Origin: an uncultured delta proteobacterium
Lineage (GTDB): Bacteria > Desulfobacterota > Binatia > UBA9968
Direction: 5' to 3'
NCBI GenBank assembly: GCA_963771465.1
Contig: CAVYTU010000009.1
Coordinates: forward strand, 128,001-192,000
Length of the DNA stretch: 64,000 nucleotides
Shown: positions 32,595 to 43,991 of the stretch, piece by piece
Position numbering within the stretch: position 1 is the first letter of the stretch
How the letters are laid out: each line of letters opens with the position of its first letter
Made by a program: the position numbers and the translations under genes
The notes under the pieces: model-generated
Seen by the model: the letters and a program-made list of their open reading frames with translations, nothing else
Databases searched by the model: none
Told to the model about the DNA's origin: nothing

Positions 32595-33835
32595 CTACGG
32601 CCGCGACGCGGGGTGTTGGGTGACCGCGTTGGGAGCTTTACCGGGCACAAAGGCGCCTGATTTGTAGAAACATCCCTTGACCACGTTGGGCACGGGATCA
32701 CCCTGCTGAAAAAAATCTTGATTGCATTGAAAAGACCCGCTTAGGTTGTCGCGATAAACAAAGCCAGTGAGATTTCCAAACGCAACTCTAGAAACTCCCG
32801 CAGGCAGCACGCAGCGTGAATCCTGCCACGTACAAATCGTGTGTCCCGGTAACGCTGGCGGCGCGTAGGTCACCCCGATCGTGGCCTCTGTCGCAGTCAT
32901 GCCTTTATTTTCAAACCATATCGGCACGCGAGGCTCTTGCCAAATATCTTTGATAAAGCCCCAAAATTGCGAGCTGTTGGGATTGCTGAGCGCCGCCTGT
33001 TCGATGATCAGACCGACGGGCTTACCCGCCGACAAACCCGTACCGTTTCGATACGTGACGAAGTAAGTAAAGCCGTCGGCCTTGGATACCGTGAGTCCTT
33101 TAGCCCTGGATCCTGGGTGTCCATCGCCTTGATGGTGTGCGTGCCAGGGGCGACGACATCGGTAAGCGTCGGCTGTTTGCCGTTGTTGAGCCAGCCAGCG
33201 CGCAGCCGATTCCACGGACCGAACGGGCCCCCTGAGTTCCCCATCACTTCATTGGTGTTGCAATACTGAGAGCCACCGCCGACGCCCTGCGCGCAACCCG
33301 AATGATAAGCCCAAACAATACCGTGACCGATAAGTTCGTGGCCGACGACACCCCAACTGTAATCGCCGGTGAACGCCGCGCTTTGCGAAGGGTAAGTGCC
33401 CATCGATGAAGTGCCTCGGCCAAATGGACATTGAGATTGCGGCATCAAGGACATGAAGGCGTCGTACTGCGTAAGCGGACAACCTTGTGCCTCGGCTGTG
33501 GCTCTCCCTTGGGCATGAACCGTAGCCGGCTGACACGTTTGCGAGGTGAGCGTCGTGTTGACCACAATCACGTCACCGCCTGGCTGATTGGGATTCCTAA
33601 CGCCGACCAGCCACATACCGCCATAACTCGACTCGCGTGTGTTCTTGTCAATTTCGGCCCTCAAAGCGCGCGCCTGAGATTCATTCAACGCATTGGTCCT
33701 ATCCGTGTAGTTGGCGACGATCCACAAGACACGCTTGGGTCCGGTGACATTGCGAATCACCGGGACTTGGGCGTGGGCGTTCTTCGACAGGCTCAGGATG
33801 AGCGGCGATGCGATGAAAAGGGATAACAATAGCAA
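32595..33835 (-). pseudogene. Secreted zinc metallopeptidase (M11/M6-like) with small Cys-rich C-terminal domain; frameshift ~33100
   Basis: Signal peptide, GHELIGHG...H, EVMG Met-turn, RAGWL; C-terminal C..FG..C.N..F.GDP...K.C. Confidence 0.6.
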
Positions 33836-34688
33836 TGTGAGCGTGAATCGTGGTCGTGTTTGTCTCAGTGGTTTATGCCTTTAAGCACCCTCGCTTCCTT
33901 CATCCACCTGTATGTGCGAATCAGGTCCGCGTCGCGCATCGGTTGCTCGCCGATTCAGCTTAGCCGCTGACAGGTTTCGTCATCCATTCCTACCTCGCGG
34001 GGATGATGAGAAGTAAATATGCTGCGTTGCCGAGGCACGACGTCACGTTGCCACCGCCAATGATCGACGCCCTCTTCTCTCGGAAGTGAACGGCTAGATC
34101 ATTCATCTTGTCCACAGCACCGGGCCGCATGCCGCTTTCCTATCTATTTGGTCATGCAATGTTCCAAACTTTACCTTGTTCTCGATCCACTTTTAGTGAC
34201 ATAGCCCAACTATTATTAAATTCGGCGCCATCTTAGCCGACTTTTTGACCAAGTGTCGCGATACGTGGTTGCTCGAAGCGGCCATTTTGAAAAAGGCGGA
34301 CCTATTCTTCAAAAGATCCAATGTGTGCAACAACGGCGAATCGCGATACTCTGTGAAGACATCAGGCGCATAACCTCCTCGTCATAGCGCGACCGTTGAG
34401 GCTGCCAGTAGATCGCGATATAAGGAAGGTGCTTGGCTCGTCCCAGCCCTAGGACGGTCATTTGTTTCTCTGGTTTTTCCGCAACCATTGGACTTTAACG
34501 TGCAAAGCCAGGTGTTGATTCAATCTGAATCAATAATGAGGAATGTCAGCAACGGTCGGACGATTCTGAAAGGAAGGGAACCTTCTGAGAGTGGAATAAT
34601 TATATTTTTGTCTTGCCAGATTTGCTGAGCTTATTTTGGCGCTGTTTCTTCGACGCTTTGCGGACTTTTTTTGCTCCCCGGATCTTTT

Positions 34689-35417
34689 TCAATTCTTTTT
34701 GTCGAGCCATATCCTCGCCCTTCCGTTTTCATCACGGTCATCCATTCGCTCACTATTCGTTAGAAAATTATCCGTTTGAGTAGCGCGCATTTGCGCCAAT
34801 TTAAGATCCGTAATCATCGAGATATCGGCTTTAAGCACCTGCTGCATCAACATCAGCACCTCATGGGTGCGGTCATTGGACTCGGAGGCGATACAGTCGG
34901 ATGGAACGTAGATCCGGAAATTGCGCATATAGGCATCATTCTCGCTGAAGAGCACGCAAATATCCGCCGCCATTCCGGTAATAATAAGAGTTGTGACGCC
35001 GAGGTATCCTAGGAGAATTTCCAAGTTGGTCTGAAAAAAAGCGGAGTGCCTCGGCTTAAGAACGAAATAGTCATCCTCATCCGGCTGAAGCTGCAAGGCG
35101 ATCGGCCGGCCCCGAACGCCGCCCTGCAAGCAGTGGTTCACGAGTTTGGGGAAATCGGAACGCCAGCGGCCGAAATTATCATTTGCGTAAATGACCGGAA
35201 TGCCTTGCGCCTTGACGCGACGCTTAAGACTCGCCAACGCGGCGGCCATCGGCAGCGCGTGGGATAAAAGTTTTTCTCCGCCGTCAAATTCCAAATCGTT
35301 AATTACGTCGATCAGTAGAAGTCCCACATCGGAGCGATCTGGGGCAGGGTTAAGCGGGTCAGAATGGTGCGCAGCCCTACTCATAAAAATGCTCGGTAAT
35401 GAGGGCAGCCTTTCCAC
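34689..35417 (-). CDS. Isochorismatase/cysteine hydrolase family protein
   Basis: LLLIDVIND, LKPRHSAFF, GMAADICV. Confidence 0.9.
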   Translation of the reverse strand: MERLPSLPSIFMSRAAHHSDPLNPAPDRSDVGLLLIDVINDLEFDGGEKLLSHALPMAAALASLKRRVKAQGIPVIYANDNFGRWRSDFPKLVNHCLQGGVRGRPIALQLQPDEDDYFVLKPRHSAFFQTNLEILLGYLGVTTLIITGMAADICVLFSENDAYMRNFRIYVPSDCIASESNDRTHEVLMLMQQVLKADISMITDLKLAQMRATQTDNFLTNSERMDDRDENGRARIWLDKKN

Positions 35418-35431
35418 GGCCGCAGCGTTCT

Positions 35432-35665
35432 TTAAGAAACTCGATTCTCAAGATGGTCATCGATCCACGCTTTGGCTAGGTCGATTAGGTAGCCCTCTGC
35501 TTCACGCCAACTTCTGAAGTTTTGTAACGGGCTTTCTATCGCATGTATTCTTCGCTGTCCGTCAGCCAGGCAGAAGATTTCGACGACGGGAATCCAGCCT
35601 TTAGTAATTTTGTCGACTTGAGCGGAGACAACGATCAATTGATTTTTGTAGGAGAGGTTAGCCAT
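35432..35665 (-). CDS. Small hypothetical protein
   Basis: 77-aa ATG ORF co-oriented with neighbours. Confidence 0.5.
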   Translation of the reverse strand: MANLSYKNQLIVVSAQVDKITKGWIPVVEIFCLADGQRRIHAIESPLQNFRSWREAEGYLIDLAKAWIDDHLENRVS

Positions 35666-35923
35666 TGTTCGAGGTCTAGTGCCACGACCTTGCTCGGTCG
35701 CTCAGCGCTCGGGTGACAATTGCCCTCCTCTAGGAGAGAGCAATTTGAATGCCGAGTACAAACTTCTTACAACACTTGATGTCGGTGCCAACGCGAGGGA
35801 CGGCGAAAAACGTTGTTGAATTGTGGCTAACGATTAGTGCTGTTATGGCCTGGGTGAATTGCAAATTCTTGCTTTAGTCATTTGCGCACTAGTTGTGTGT
35901 TACTCTTAGGAAGAAAGAGTGTT

Positions 35924-36541
35924 TCATAGACCTACGGAGTCCGAAAAGCGCAACAGATTGGCGTCGCATCCCTGTGCCTTTTTTGGGACGTCAATGTAAG
36001 TGAGTTCCCGGTTGTCATTGACACAGCGCAGCAATAAGCCGCCGCGACTCATGTCGCCCCGACCGATAAACTCTGCGGGGACGCGTAGCCGACGTGCGAA
36101 TATCGGACTCAATAAATTCAAATATTTGCCTGTGGCGATACTTCCCAACAGCACCACTTCGCACTCGGACCCAATCGCGCTATCGAGCTGCTTCGCGCTG
36201 CATCGAAGTGAAGAACAATAGAGCTGGTTCCTAACGTCAATCGCGCCCCGACTGAATAGCCGCAGTGTCGATATTCGAATCAGCATATCGTGCGGTACGA
36301 GACCCATGGTCGGCGTAATGATAAAAATCCCAGCGCAATCGGCAGGCGGCCGCGCAAAAGTCTGTGCATAGGAGACCTTGCCACGAAAATACAGCGAGCT
36401 CACAAAACTAAAAACCTCTGACAGCGGAACACCCGACCCACGTAGGCGTTTCGCCAGCTTTGATGAGCTGGCTTTTGTGAGCAGGCAACGGGCGCGTACG
36501 CCATTACAATTCGCCGGCGAAAGCACAAAAACACGGTTCAT
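35924..36541 (-). CDS. Conserved hypothetical protein coupled to polX (possibly YaaA/DUF6884-like)
   Basis: ATGA overlap with polX stop; SSLYFRGK..YA...IITPTMGLVP pattern. Confidence 0.75.
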   Translation of the reverse strand: MNRVFVLSPANCNGVRARCLLTKASSSKLAKRLRGSGVPLSEVFSFVSSLYFRGKVSYAQTFARPPADCAGIFIITPTMGLVPHDMLIRISTLRLFSRGAIDVRNQLYCSSLRCSAKQLDSAIGSECEVVLLGSIATGKYLNLLSPIFARRLRVPAEFIGRGDMSRGGLLLRCVNDNRELTYIDVPKKAQGCDANLLRFSDSVGL

Positions 36542-38244
36542 GGATGAATGGCCCGCATGAAATCCTCTACACCGAGGGTATTCAAAACCTCTCCACGCAT
36601 GAGCCAGCCACGCCGGGCCATCGACACGCCAAAAGGCAAATTTGCCAAGCCAGCAATGGAATGTGCGTCCGTCGATACGATGAATTTAATGCCGCGATTG
36701 CGAGCCAGGCGAATCCAATGCGGCTCCAGATCGAGCCGGTGTGGGTCGCCGTTGACCTCGATAGCGCAGCGGGATTCAGCGACGGCGTCCAATACTTCTT
36801 CCAACCGGCAAGCAAACGGTGGCCGCGAGGGGATCAGTCGTCCGAGCGGATGACCCCAGACTTTGAAGATCGGCAATTTCAGCGCGCGCAATAGCCGCCG
36901 GGTCATTTGATCGGCATCCATCTTGTGTCGCGCGTGAATACTGGCGATGACGATATCGAATTGGTTTAACAAATAGTCGGGATAGTCCAGGGACCCGTCT
37001 TCGAGAATGTCCGATTCGGTGCCTTTCAATAGTCTGATACTCACGCGTTCCTGTACCCGAGCGATCTCGTCCCACTGCGCCCGCAATCGATCGATTCCTA
37101 GACCCCCTGCATAGGATGCGCTCTGCGAATGATCGGTAATCGTCAGATAGCTCATGCCCATGGCTTGGGCCGCCAACGCCATCTCTTCGATACTGTTGCG
37201 GCCATCGGAATAGTCCGTGTGGCAATGAGTCATACCCCGAATGTCTTCAAGCGCTAGCGGTTGGGGCAGCGTTCCATTACTAGCCGCCTCAACCTCACCT
37301 TCATCCTCGCGCAGCTCCGGCGGGATATATTGAAGTCCCAAGTGCTGATAGATTTCACTTTCGCTCCCCATACCGCGTTGTTTGCCGCCGCCACACTCGA
37401 CAAGATAAGGCAACTCGCGGGAGTGCGATATCTCTTGGAGTTTAGCGAGGTGCTTCGCCGAACCGGTCCGGGCGTGTAGTGTGGCGATATACGCGTCTGG
37501 CGATACCACTACGAGTTCCGTCTGCAAACCTCCCGCTAGGCGACCACGGCATCGTGTCTCGTCTAGCTCATCAGTGTGGGCCAGCGGGGGGAAGCCCAGA
37601 AATCGATCAATCACTGCTCTCGGTTGATCGCTGGCAGCCACGATACAAATCTGTCGTATGGTTTCTTGGCGCCGCCGGAGCGCTCCCGCAACCTGCGCAT
37701 CGATCAACTCTGAACATGTTCGCAAATGTTGCAGGATCTGCTCCGCTTGTTCCACAGCTTGATTGAGCAATAGGAAATTTTCGTCGCGGTTTTCCAGCTT
37801 TTCAATCCCTGCGAGTATCCTTGCCTGAGATTTCGTGCCGAATCCCTTCACGTTGCCCACCAGGCCTTCTTTACAAGCCGCTTTAAGATCAGCGACACTC
37901 TCAATCCGCAGGTCGTCGTACAGCGCGATAATTTTCTTGAGGCTTAGTCCAGGAACGTCGCTCAACTCGATGACTCCAGGCGGCAGCCCTTGGCAGAGCT
38001 GCTGAAGCATCCAACACTCACCCGTGCTGTAGATCTCTTCGATGATCGAAGAGAGCGCATTGCCAATGCCGGGAATTTCTCTTAGGCGCCGGTCTTTGAC
38101 GAGATCGTCAAGATCGCCCTCAAGACTTCCCAGGGCTTCCGCACCTCGAATGAATGCTAACGTTTTAAAACGATTTTCACCTTTTATTTCGAGCAGGCGG
38201 GCGATCGTCCTAAGATCTGCGGCGATATCGAACCTATCCTTCAT
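36538..38244 (-). CDS. polX: PolX/PHP protein with degenerate polymerase site
   Basis: KGENRFK, HhH motifs, AGALRRRQET, intact PHP motifs HCHTDYSDG, TDHS, GHP, STDAH. Confidence 0.9.
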   Translation of the reverse strand: MKDRFDIAADLRTIARLLEIKGENRFKTLAFIRGAEALGSLEGDLDDLVKDRRLREIPGIGNALSSIIEEIYSTGECWMLQQLCQGLPPGVIELSDVPGLSLKKIIALYDDLRIESVADLKAACKEGLVGNVKGFGTKSQARILAGIEKLENRDENFLLLNQAVEQAEQILQHLRTCSELIDAQVAGALRRRQETIRQICIVAASDQPRAVIDRFLGFPPLAHTDELDETRCRGRLAGGLQTELVVVSPDAYIATLHARTGSAKHLAKLQEISHSRELPYLVECGGGKQRGMGSESEIYQHLGLQYIPPELREDEGEVEAASNGTLPQPLALEDIRGMTHCHTDYSDGRNSIEEMALAAQAMGMSYLTITDHSQSASYAGGLGIDRLRAQWDEIARVQERVSIRLLKGTESDILEDGSLDYPDYLLNQFDIVIASIHARHKMDADQMTRRLLRALKLPIFKVWGHPLGRLIPSRPPFACRLEEVLDAVAESRCAIEVNGDPHRLDLEPHWIRLARNRGIKFIVSTDAHSIAGLANLPFGVSMARRGWLMRGEVLNTLGVEDFMRAIHP

Positions 38245-38262
38245 GGTCCTTGCTGCCGTTAA

Positions 38263-40861
38263 CTATCGTCTGTAACCTAGCTTTTTCATCATCGTTTTAG
38301 TTACGGATTGCCGTAGTGACATAAACTCTTTCCATGGATCACGCTTTAGCCGCTTTAACCGATCAGGAACATTCTTGACGTTAAAATAATCGTAGCGCAC
38401 GTCCCGAGCGATCTCCGCCCATTCAATCGGCGTCGAAACCGGCGCGTTGGCTTTCGCGCGAATCGAATAAGCTGCCACTGCCGTTGAGCCCTCTCCGTTG
38501 CGCAGGTAATCAATAAAAATCTTGCCGTGTCGAGACACTTTAAGAAGCTTGCTGGTGAAACGATCCGGAAAGGTTTGGACGAACAGTTCGGCAATCGTTT
38601 GGCTAAAACCTTTTATCTCCTCCCAGGGTAATGTGGGTGTGATTGGAATAACGACATGCAGGCCTTTGCCGCCCGTAGTTTTCAAAAATCCGCGCAGGCC
38701 TAGGCTGTCGAGCAGAGTCTTTAATAAATTCACTGCTTCGGTAATCTTCTCCCATTCGAGGGATTCGTCGGGATCAAAGTCGAAAACGATGCGGTCGGGG
38801 AAATCTAACTTAGGTTTGCGCGATCCCCATGGGTGCAGCTCCAGGGTTCCCATTTGCGTCAGCGCCACAAGCGCGCTTACAGAGTTAGCCATCATATACG
38901 AAGCAGGGCCTCCGCTATCATGAACAGCAACTCGATCGATGACTTCCGCCACGCTTTGATCGGCATGTTTTTGGTAAAAACACTCCTTATTCCACCCATT
39001 GGGACATCTCAGTAGTGTAAGCGGCCGATTTCGGAGGTGCGGAATTACCCAATCACCGATCGATTCATAATAAACCGCGAGATCTCGTTTCGTAATCGCG
39101 GCCTCCGGGTAAAGGACTTTGTCTGGGTTGGTCAGCTTGACGCCGGCGACAATATCGTGGGCCTTTCCCGCAATCGTTTTGATTTTCTTTCGCCGCGATA
39201 AACTCAACTCCGATGCCTGGGAAGGGTTTGAGGTAACATTTATAACCGGTTCTTCACGCACGATATCTCGCGCCCTTTTGTCTTTGCGCAGGCCTAGGAA
39301 AGACGGGTTGCGTAGGATTGCGTCAGAAGTCCATTCTGTAAATGCAACTTGGGCAACGAGTTCCGGCTTAACCCAATGGGCGCGCCGTCCTTCTATCCCC
39401 TTAGGCGGGTTTACAAATGATGGCCTATCCTGAATCAGCGAATCCAAAGTCTTCCGAAACTGCACGAGGAATGAATGATCGAATCCAGTGCCGACTTTAC
39501 CTGCATAACGCAATTTACCGACGGGGTCATAAACCCCGATCAAAAGAGCACCGAATCCTTGACGCGAGCCTTCCGGATCAGTGAATCCACCGACGACGAA
39601 TTCCTGCTGTTTTCCGCATTTTACTTTGAGCCAGGAGTCACTGCGCGAACCCGTATACTTCGAAGTCCGAAGTTTCGAAATCATTCCCTCGAGCCCAAGA
39701 TTGCGGACTTCGGCAAAAAACTTCGGCCCAGTCACGTTGAAATGGTCGCTATAGCGAATGCTGCTTGCCGTCGGTATAACGCGTTTTAACAACGCCTTTC
39801 GTTGCTCTAGACCGACCTCACGTAAGTCATAACCATTCAAATATGGCAGGTCGAATAAATAGTAGAGTTCCCCGCCCGTTGCTTTTGTCGAAAGCGCATT
39901 TTGCAATGCCTGGAAGCTGCTACGTCCTTGGGCGTCCAGACTCACAATTTCACCGTCGACCCAAGCGTTTTCTATGGGTAAGTCCAGCAATGCCTTTGCT
40001 ATGAGGGGAAATTCCGCAGTCCATTCTCGATGATTACGCGAATAGATGTGAACCGTATTCCCCTCAATTCGGCCCAGCATTCGATATCCGTCATATTTGA
40101 TTTCATGTACCCATCGGTCGCTTGTGGGAGCGCTGTCGGTCGATTTTGCGAGCTGTGGATTAATGAGATCTGGGAGCGCAGATTTTCGCGCTCCAACTAT
40201 ATTTGCTAAATCGATCCGCGCTCTCACCTTTCTACGAACACCGTTCTTGACGTTTTCTGAAACAGACTTGTTCGAGTGCCAAACCCGCGCTGGATCGGCG
40301 GCAATCTGTTTAAGGCTGCGATGGGTCGTAACGCTATCGGGTTGATCATCGACCACACGCGCATCGCTTCCCGTACGCGCGTATTCGTCATCCTCTTTGA
40401 AAAGGAGCCACGCATTATCGCCGTATTTGCCGCCGCGGCTCTTTACTAGAGTCCACCCACCCTGAAGTTTTTCGCCCTGTAAGCTCGAACTTGAGCTTGC
40501 CATTCTTATAGCCGGCGACAGGATCGCCCGTCGGCAACCAAGTGCCGCGATCCCAAAGCATCACCGTTCCCGCGCCATATTGTTTCGCTGGAATGATTCC
40601 CTCGAACTCGCCGTACTCGATGGGGTGATCTTCGACATGCATCGCGAGCCGTTTATCATTAGGATCAAGACTTGGCCCCTTTGGTACGGCCCAGCTGAGC
40701 AACACGCCGTTGAGCTCCAATCTGAAATCGTAGTGCAAGCGAGAGGCAGCGTGCTTCTGAATTACGAAGGTAAGCCTTCGACCTGTGGGCTTTCCCAGCT
40801 TGCCTCTTGGTTCCGGAGTGCGCTCGAAATCGCGTTTTTTGCGATACAGATCTAGGTCCAT
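38263..40861 (-). CDS. ligD: DNA ligase D (phosphoesterase-ligase-polymerase), one frameshift ~40483
   Basis: [38 protein letters not shown]; spans ORFs 40415-40876 and 38263-40503. Confidence 0.9.
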
Positions 40862-40904
40862 AGAATTAACGAGCAAAACAAACCGAGTGAGAGCTCGGTC
40901 CTGC

Positions 40905-41720
40905 CTATTTGCCCAAATAGAGATTGCGAGCAGTTCGAAGGTGGCTAAAGGCGTCTTTTTTCTTGCCTAGCGCATCGAGAATAAGTCCGAGATTGTAGTG
41001 GGCGTCTGCGAAAGCGGGATCGCGCTCAATCGCCGCCGCGTACGAGCGGGCAGCATCCGCCGGCCGTTTTAAATCTTCCAGAAGAACGCCCAAATTGAAG
41101 TGGGGAGTCGGATCAGCCGCATCGATTGCCAGCGCCGCTCGGTAATGCTTCTCGCTTTGCGCCAATTGCCCTGTCTTGTGGAATAGCCTGCCTAAATTGA
41201 CATGGGCGTCACTAATCGTAGGATCCAGTTCAAGCGCCCTGTGGTAAGCGTTAGTCGCCTCCGCTGGAGATGTTTCCTCTAGCTCGCAACCTTGGCTAAA
41301 CCAGTCTCTGGCAGCGAGGTTCCGTTTTACCGATTTACGCGAAGTCAATTCCGCGGCGCGTAGAACAATATGTGGATCGAAATCGAACAGAAACTGTCCC
41401 GTATCAGGTTGATACTTAACTGTACCGTCCCGAACCACGATACGTTGGCCATCGGCGTAAATTTTGAGTCGTGTCAACGATTCTTCATTGGGAATGCGCT
41501 TCTTCAACGACGACAGAACTCGAATTACTTTTTTTACTGGGACTTTGGCATCGAGGAGGCTCTTGGCAGTTTTCAAAAACAACAGGTCCCGAAAATTGAA
41601 TCGTAACGTTTTCCTATTGTTTCGTTCAGGCACAATAAAACCGGACCGCACGAACGAGCGAACCCGGCTATTCGGCAGATTCAGAATACTGGCCACTTCG
41701 TCGGTGGAAAACAATTTCAT
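40905..41720 (-). CDS. MerR-like HTH plus TPR-repeat protein
   Basis: [10 protein letters not shown]...RFNFRDL N-terminus; DAHVNLG, PHFNLG, DAHYNLG TPRs; ATGA overlap with ku. Confidence 0.85.
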   Translation of the reverse strand: MKLFSTDEVASILNLPNSRVRSFVRSGFIVPERNNRKTLRFNFRDLLFLKTAKSLLDAKVPVKKVIRVLSSLKKRIPNEESLTRLKIYADGQRIVVRDGTVKYQPDTGQFLFDFDPHIVLRAAELTSRKSVKRNLAARDWFSQGCELEETSPAEATNAYHRALELDPTISDAHVNLGRLFHKTGQLAQSEKHYRAALAIDAADPTPHFNLGVLLEDLKRPADAARSYAAAIERDPAFADAHYNLGLILDALGKKKDAFSHLRTARNLYLGK

Positions 41721-42568
41721 TTCTTATTAGAAGACTGCGCTTTTTTCGGTGACATTTCAGTTGATTTCGCTCGAACTGCCGGTTTCCTTTCTTTGGGTAC
41801 GCTTCCTAGACTCTTTTTCAATGCCTCCATTAGGTCAATGACATTGCCTCGTTGCGGCGGAGTTTGAGAGATGGTGATCTCTTCGCCTTCCGCCTTTTTC
41901 TTTACTAAGTCCAACACGCGTTGCGCATACTCGTCCTCATATTTTTCGGGTTCGAAGGCGTCATTTGATAGCTCATCGATCAGACGCATCGCCAGCTTCG
42001 TCTCGGGAGCGGTAATTTTGACGGTTTCCCCTTTGCCAATCTCGTCGAAGCTGCGCACCTCATTGAAAAAATACATCGTATGCATTACCAGCCCTTTTTG
42101 CGCTGGACGAATTATGACGAGGTTCTCTTTACCTCTGAGAACAAATTTCGCAACCGCAACCTTGCCGGCCTGGACCATCGAATCGGTTAGGAGGCGATAC
42201 GCTTTTTCACCCCCTTTATCGGGCCCCAGATAGTAGCTTTTCTCAAAATAAATAGGATCTACTTTTGACAGGGGAACAAATTCCGAGATTTCGATAGCCT
42301 CTGAAGCTTGACCCTCGAGCGCCTTCAGTTCGTCATCCGTCAGTCTGACATATTGGTTCTTCTCGAATTCATATCCTTTCACTAATTCCTCACGTTCGAC
42401 GACTTCTTTGCAAACTGGACAAAAACGCTGCTGCTTGATCCGGCTGCCACATTTTGCGTGCAAAAGGTTAAAACTCGGTGATTCGGACGAAGCCGCTACG
42501 TAGAGATTTACTGGGATTGAAACGAGCCCGAATGAGATCGCGCCGGAGCCTATCGATCGTATTGCCAT
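41717..42568 (-). CDS. ku: Ku protein (NHEJ)
   Basis: GAISFGLVSIPV, KGYEFEK, YYLGP, NVIDLMEALKKS. Confidence 0.95.
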   Translation of the reverse strand: MAIRSIGSGAISFGLVSIPVNLYVAASSESPSFNLLHAKCGSRIKQQRFCPVCKEVVEREELVKGYEFEKNQYVRLTDDELKALEGQASEAIEISEFVPLSKVDPIYFEKSYYLGPDKGGEKAYRLLTDSMVQAGKVAVAKFVLRGKENLVIIRPAQKGLVMHTMYFFNEVRSFDEIGKGETVKITAPETKLAMRLIDELSNDAFEPEKYEDEYAQRVLDLVKKKAEGEEITISQTPPQRGNVIDLMEALKKSLGSVPKERKPAVRAKSTEMSPKKAQSSNKK

Positions 42569-42800
42569 AGAATTGTCCTCCTCAACTTTAGGTTACCAAA
42601 TCTTTTTTACGAATCTATATGCGATTTATGACCGAAAGAAAGTCGTACTATACAACGATTATTGCAAAAGCGACAGTTGGCTAGAATGCGATACCTAAGG
42701 CATATTGCAGACGTTGCGCGCGCTGATCGGTCCGAGAGCGCGCTCATCCTAAAGCAGATGACCTGCTGAGATGCGTCAAGTTAAGTGATATATTTACAGC

Positions 42801-43991
42801 ATGAAACGCTCCGGAGTCGCAGACCTTCCCCTCCACGGTGGGCGCGTGCCGCAATGGCTTGCCGATCGGATGACTAAACTGGGTGTCGCCATCACGGAAG
42901 CCATCGTTCATGATTACGGCACTGCAGTTTTCCTCTCGCGCCTGAGCGATCCTTTTTGGTTCCAGGCTTTGGGCGCGGTATTGGGCATGGACTGGCATTC
43001 TTCCGGCGTCACGACATCCGTCATGGGAGCCTTGAAACGCGGCCTGGCGCCGCGCGCGGATGAGCTCGGCATCTACATCTGCGGCGGTCGCGGCAGGTTC
43101 TCACGCAACACGCCACAGGAGTTGCGCGCGATCGCCGAGCGTCAGGGCTTCGATGGCGAAGCGTTGGTCCGGACCAGCAGGCTTACCGCACGGGTGGACA
43201 ACAACGCGATTGCCGACGGCTTTCAAATCTATCTTCATAACTTCGTCGTAACTGCGAAGAGTGAATGGGCTGTCGTCCAGCAAGGCATGAACGACTGGAG
43301 CGGAATGGCTCGCCGTTACCACTGGCACTCGGCATCGGTGCGCGATTTCGTCGCTGAACCTCACACTGGAATCGTCGGCGAGAACCAGGGCATGATCATG
43401 AATCTCGTCGATGCTCAGGCAAAGGCCGCGCAAACCGCGCTTCTCGACATTGCTCACGAAAAACCGGCGACGACTCTGGATGCCGCGCGTTATCTGCGCA
43501 TGCCGGCCTATCATGATGTGCGCGCCAGGAATGTCGACCTGAAACGTCTTGGCGCCGTGCTCGCGGTTGCCTACGAACGCGATTTGCGCGATTTCGCCGA
43601 ACTTCTGCTTTTGGAGAACCTCGGTCCACGCACACTTCAGTCGCTTGCTTTGATTGCCGAAGTTGTCCATGGCGCAGCGAGCCGCTTTTCCGATCCCGCA
43701 CGATTCTCATTCGCCTACGGCGGCAAGGATCGTCATCCATTTCCCGTCCCATTGAAGACCTACGACGAATCCCTCAACTACTTGCGAAGCTCGCTCGACG
43801 CAGCAAAGCTCGGCGACAGGGACAAGCTCGCCGGCTTTCGCCGTCTAGACAGCTTCGTTCGCGCGGTCGAAACTGAGCTCGAACCGAAAGCGGAATTTGA
43901 CGCGGTGGTGGCGCACGAAAAAGCAATCTCCCCTTCGCTCGATGGCCGCTCCGTTTTCGATGACAAGCCGAGGCAGCTCCGACTTTTTTGA
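42801..43991 (+). CDS. DUF763 domain protein
   Basis: ADLPLHGGRVPQWL, GMDWHSSG, GGKDRHPFPV. Confidence 0.9.
   Translation: MKRSGVADLPLHGGRVPQWLADRMTKLGVAITEAIVHDYGTAVFLSRLSDPFWFQALGAVLGMDWHSSGVTTSVMGALKRGLAPRADELGIYICGGRGRFSRNTPQELRAIAERQGFDGEALVRTSRLTARVDNNAIADGFQIYLHNFVVTAKSEWAVVQQGMNDWSGMARRYHWHSASVRDFVAEPHTGIVGENQGMIMNLVDAQAKAAQTALLDIAHEKPATTLDAARYLRMPAYHDVRARNVDLKRLGAVLAVAYERDLRDFAELLLLENLGPRTLQSLALIAEVVHGAASRFSDPARFSFAYGGKDRHPFPVPLKTYDESLNYLRSSLDAAKLGDRDKLAGFRRLDSFVRAVETELEPKAEFDAVVAHEKAISPSLDGRSVFDDKPRQLRLF

Noticed and set aside
10457-34500. Intact prophage or defence island
   Set aside because: No capsid, tail, portal or recognisable defence genes; all integrases are broken.
40470-40500. 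Programmed frameshift in ligD
   Set aside because: No slippery heptamer or stimulatory structure recognised; error or mutation is simpler.
42610-42623. SOS-box-like CGAATCTATATGCG upstream of ku
   Set aside because: Three mismatches to CGAAC-N4-GTTCG, and the host LexA motif is unknown.
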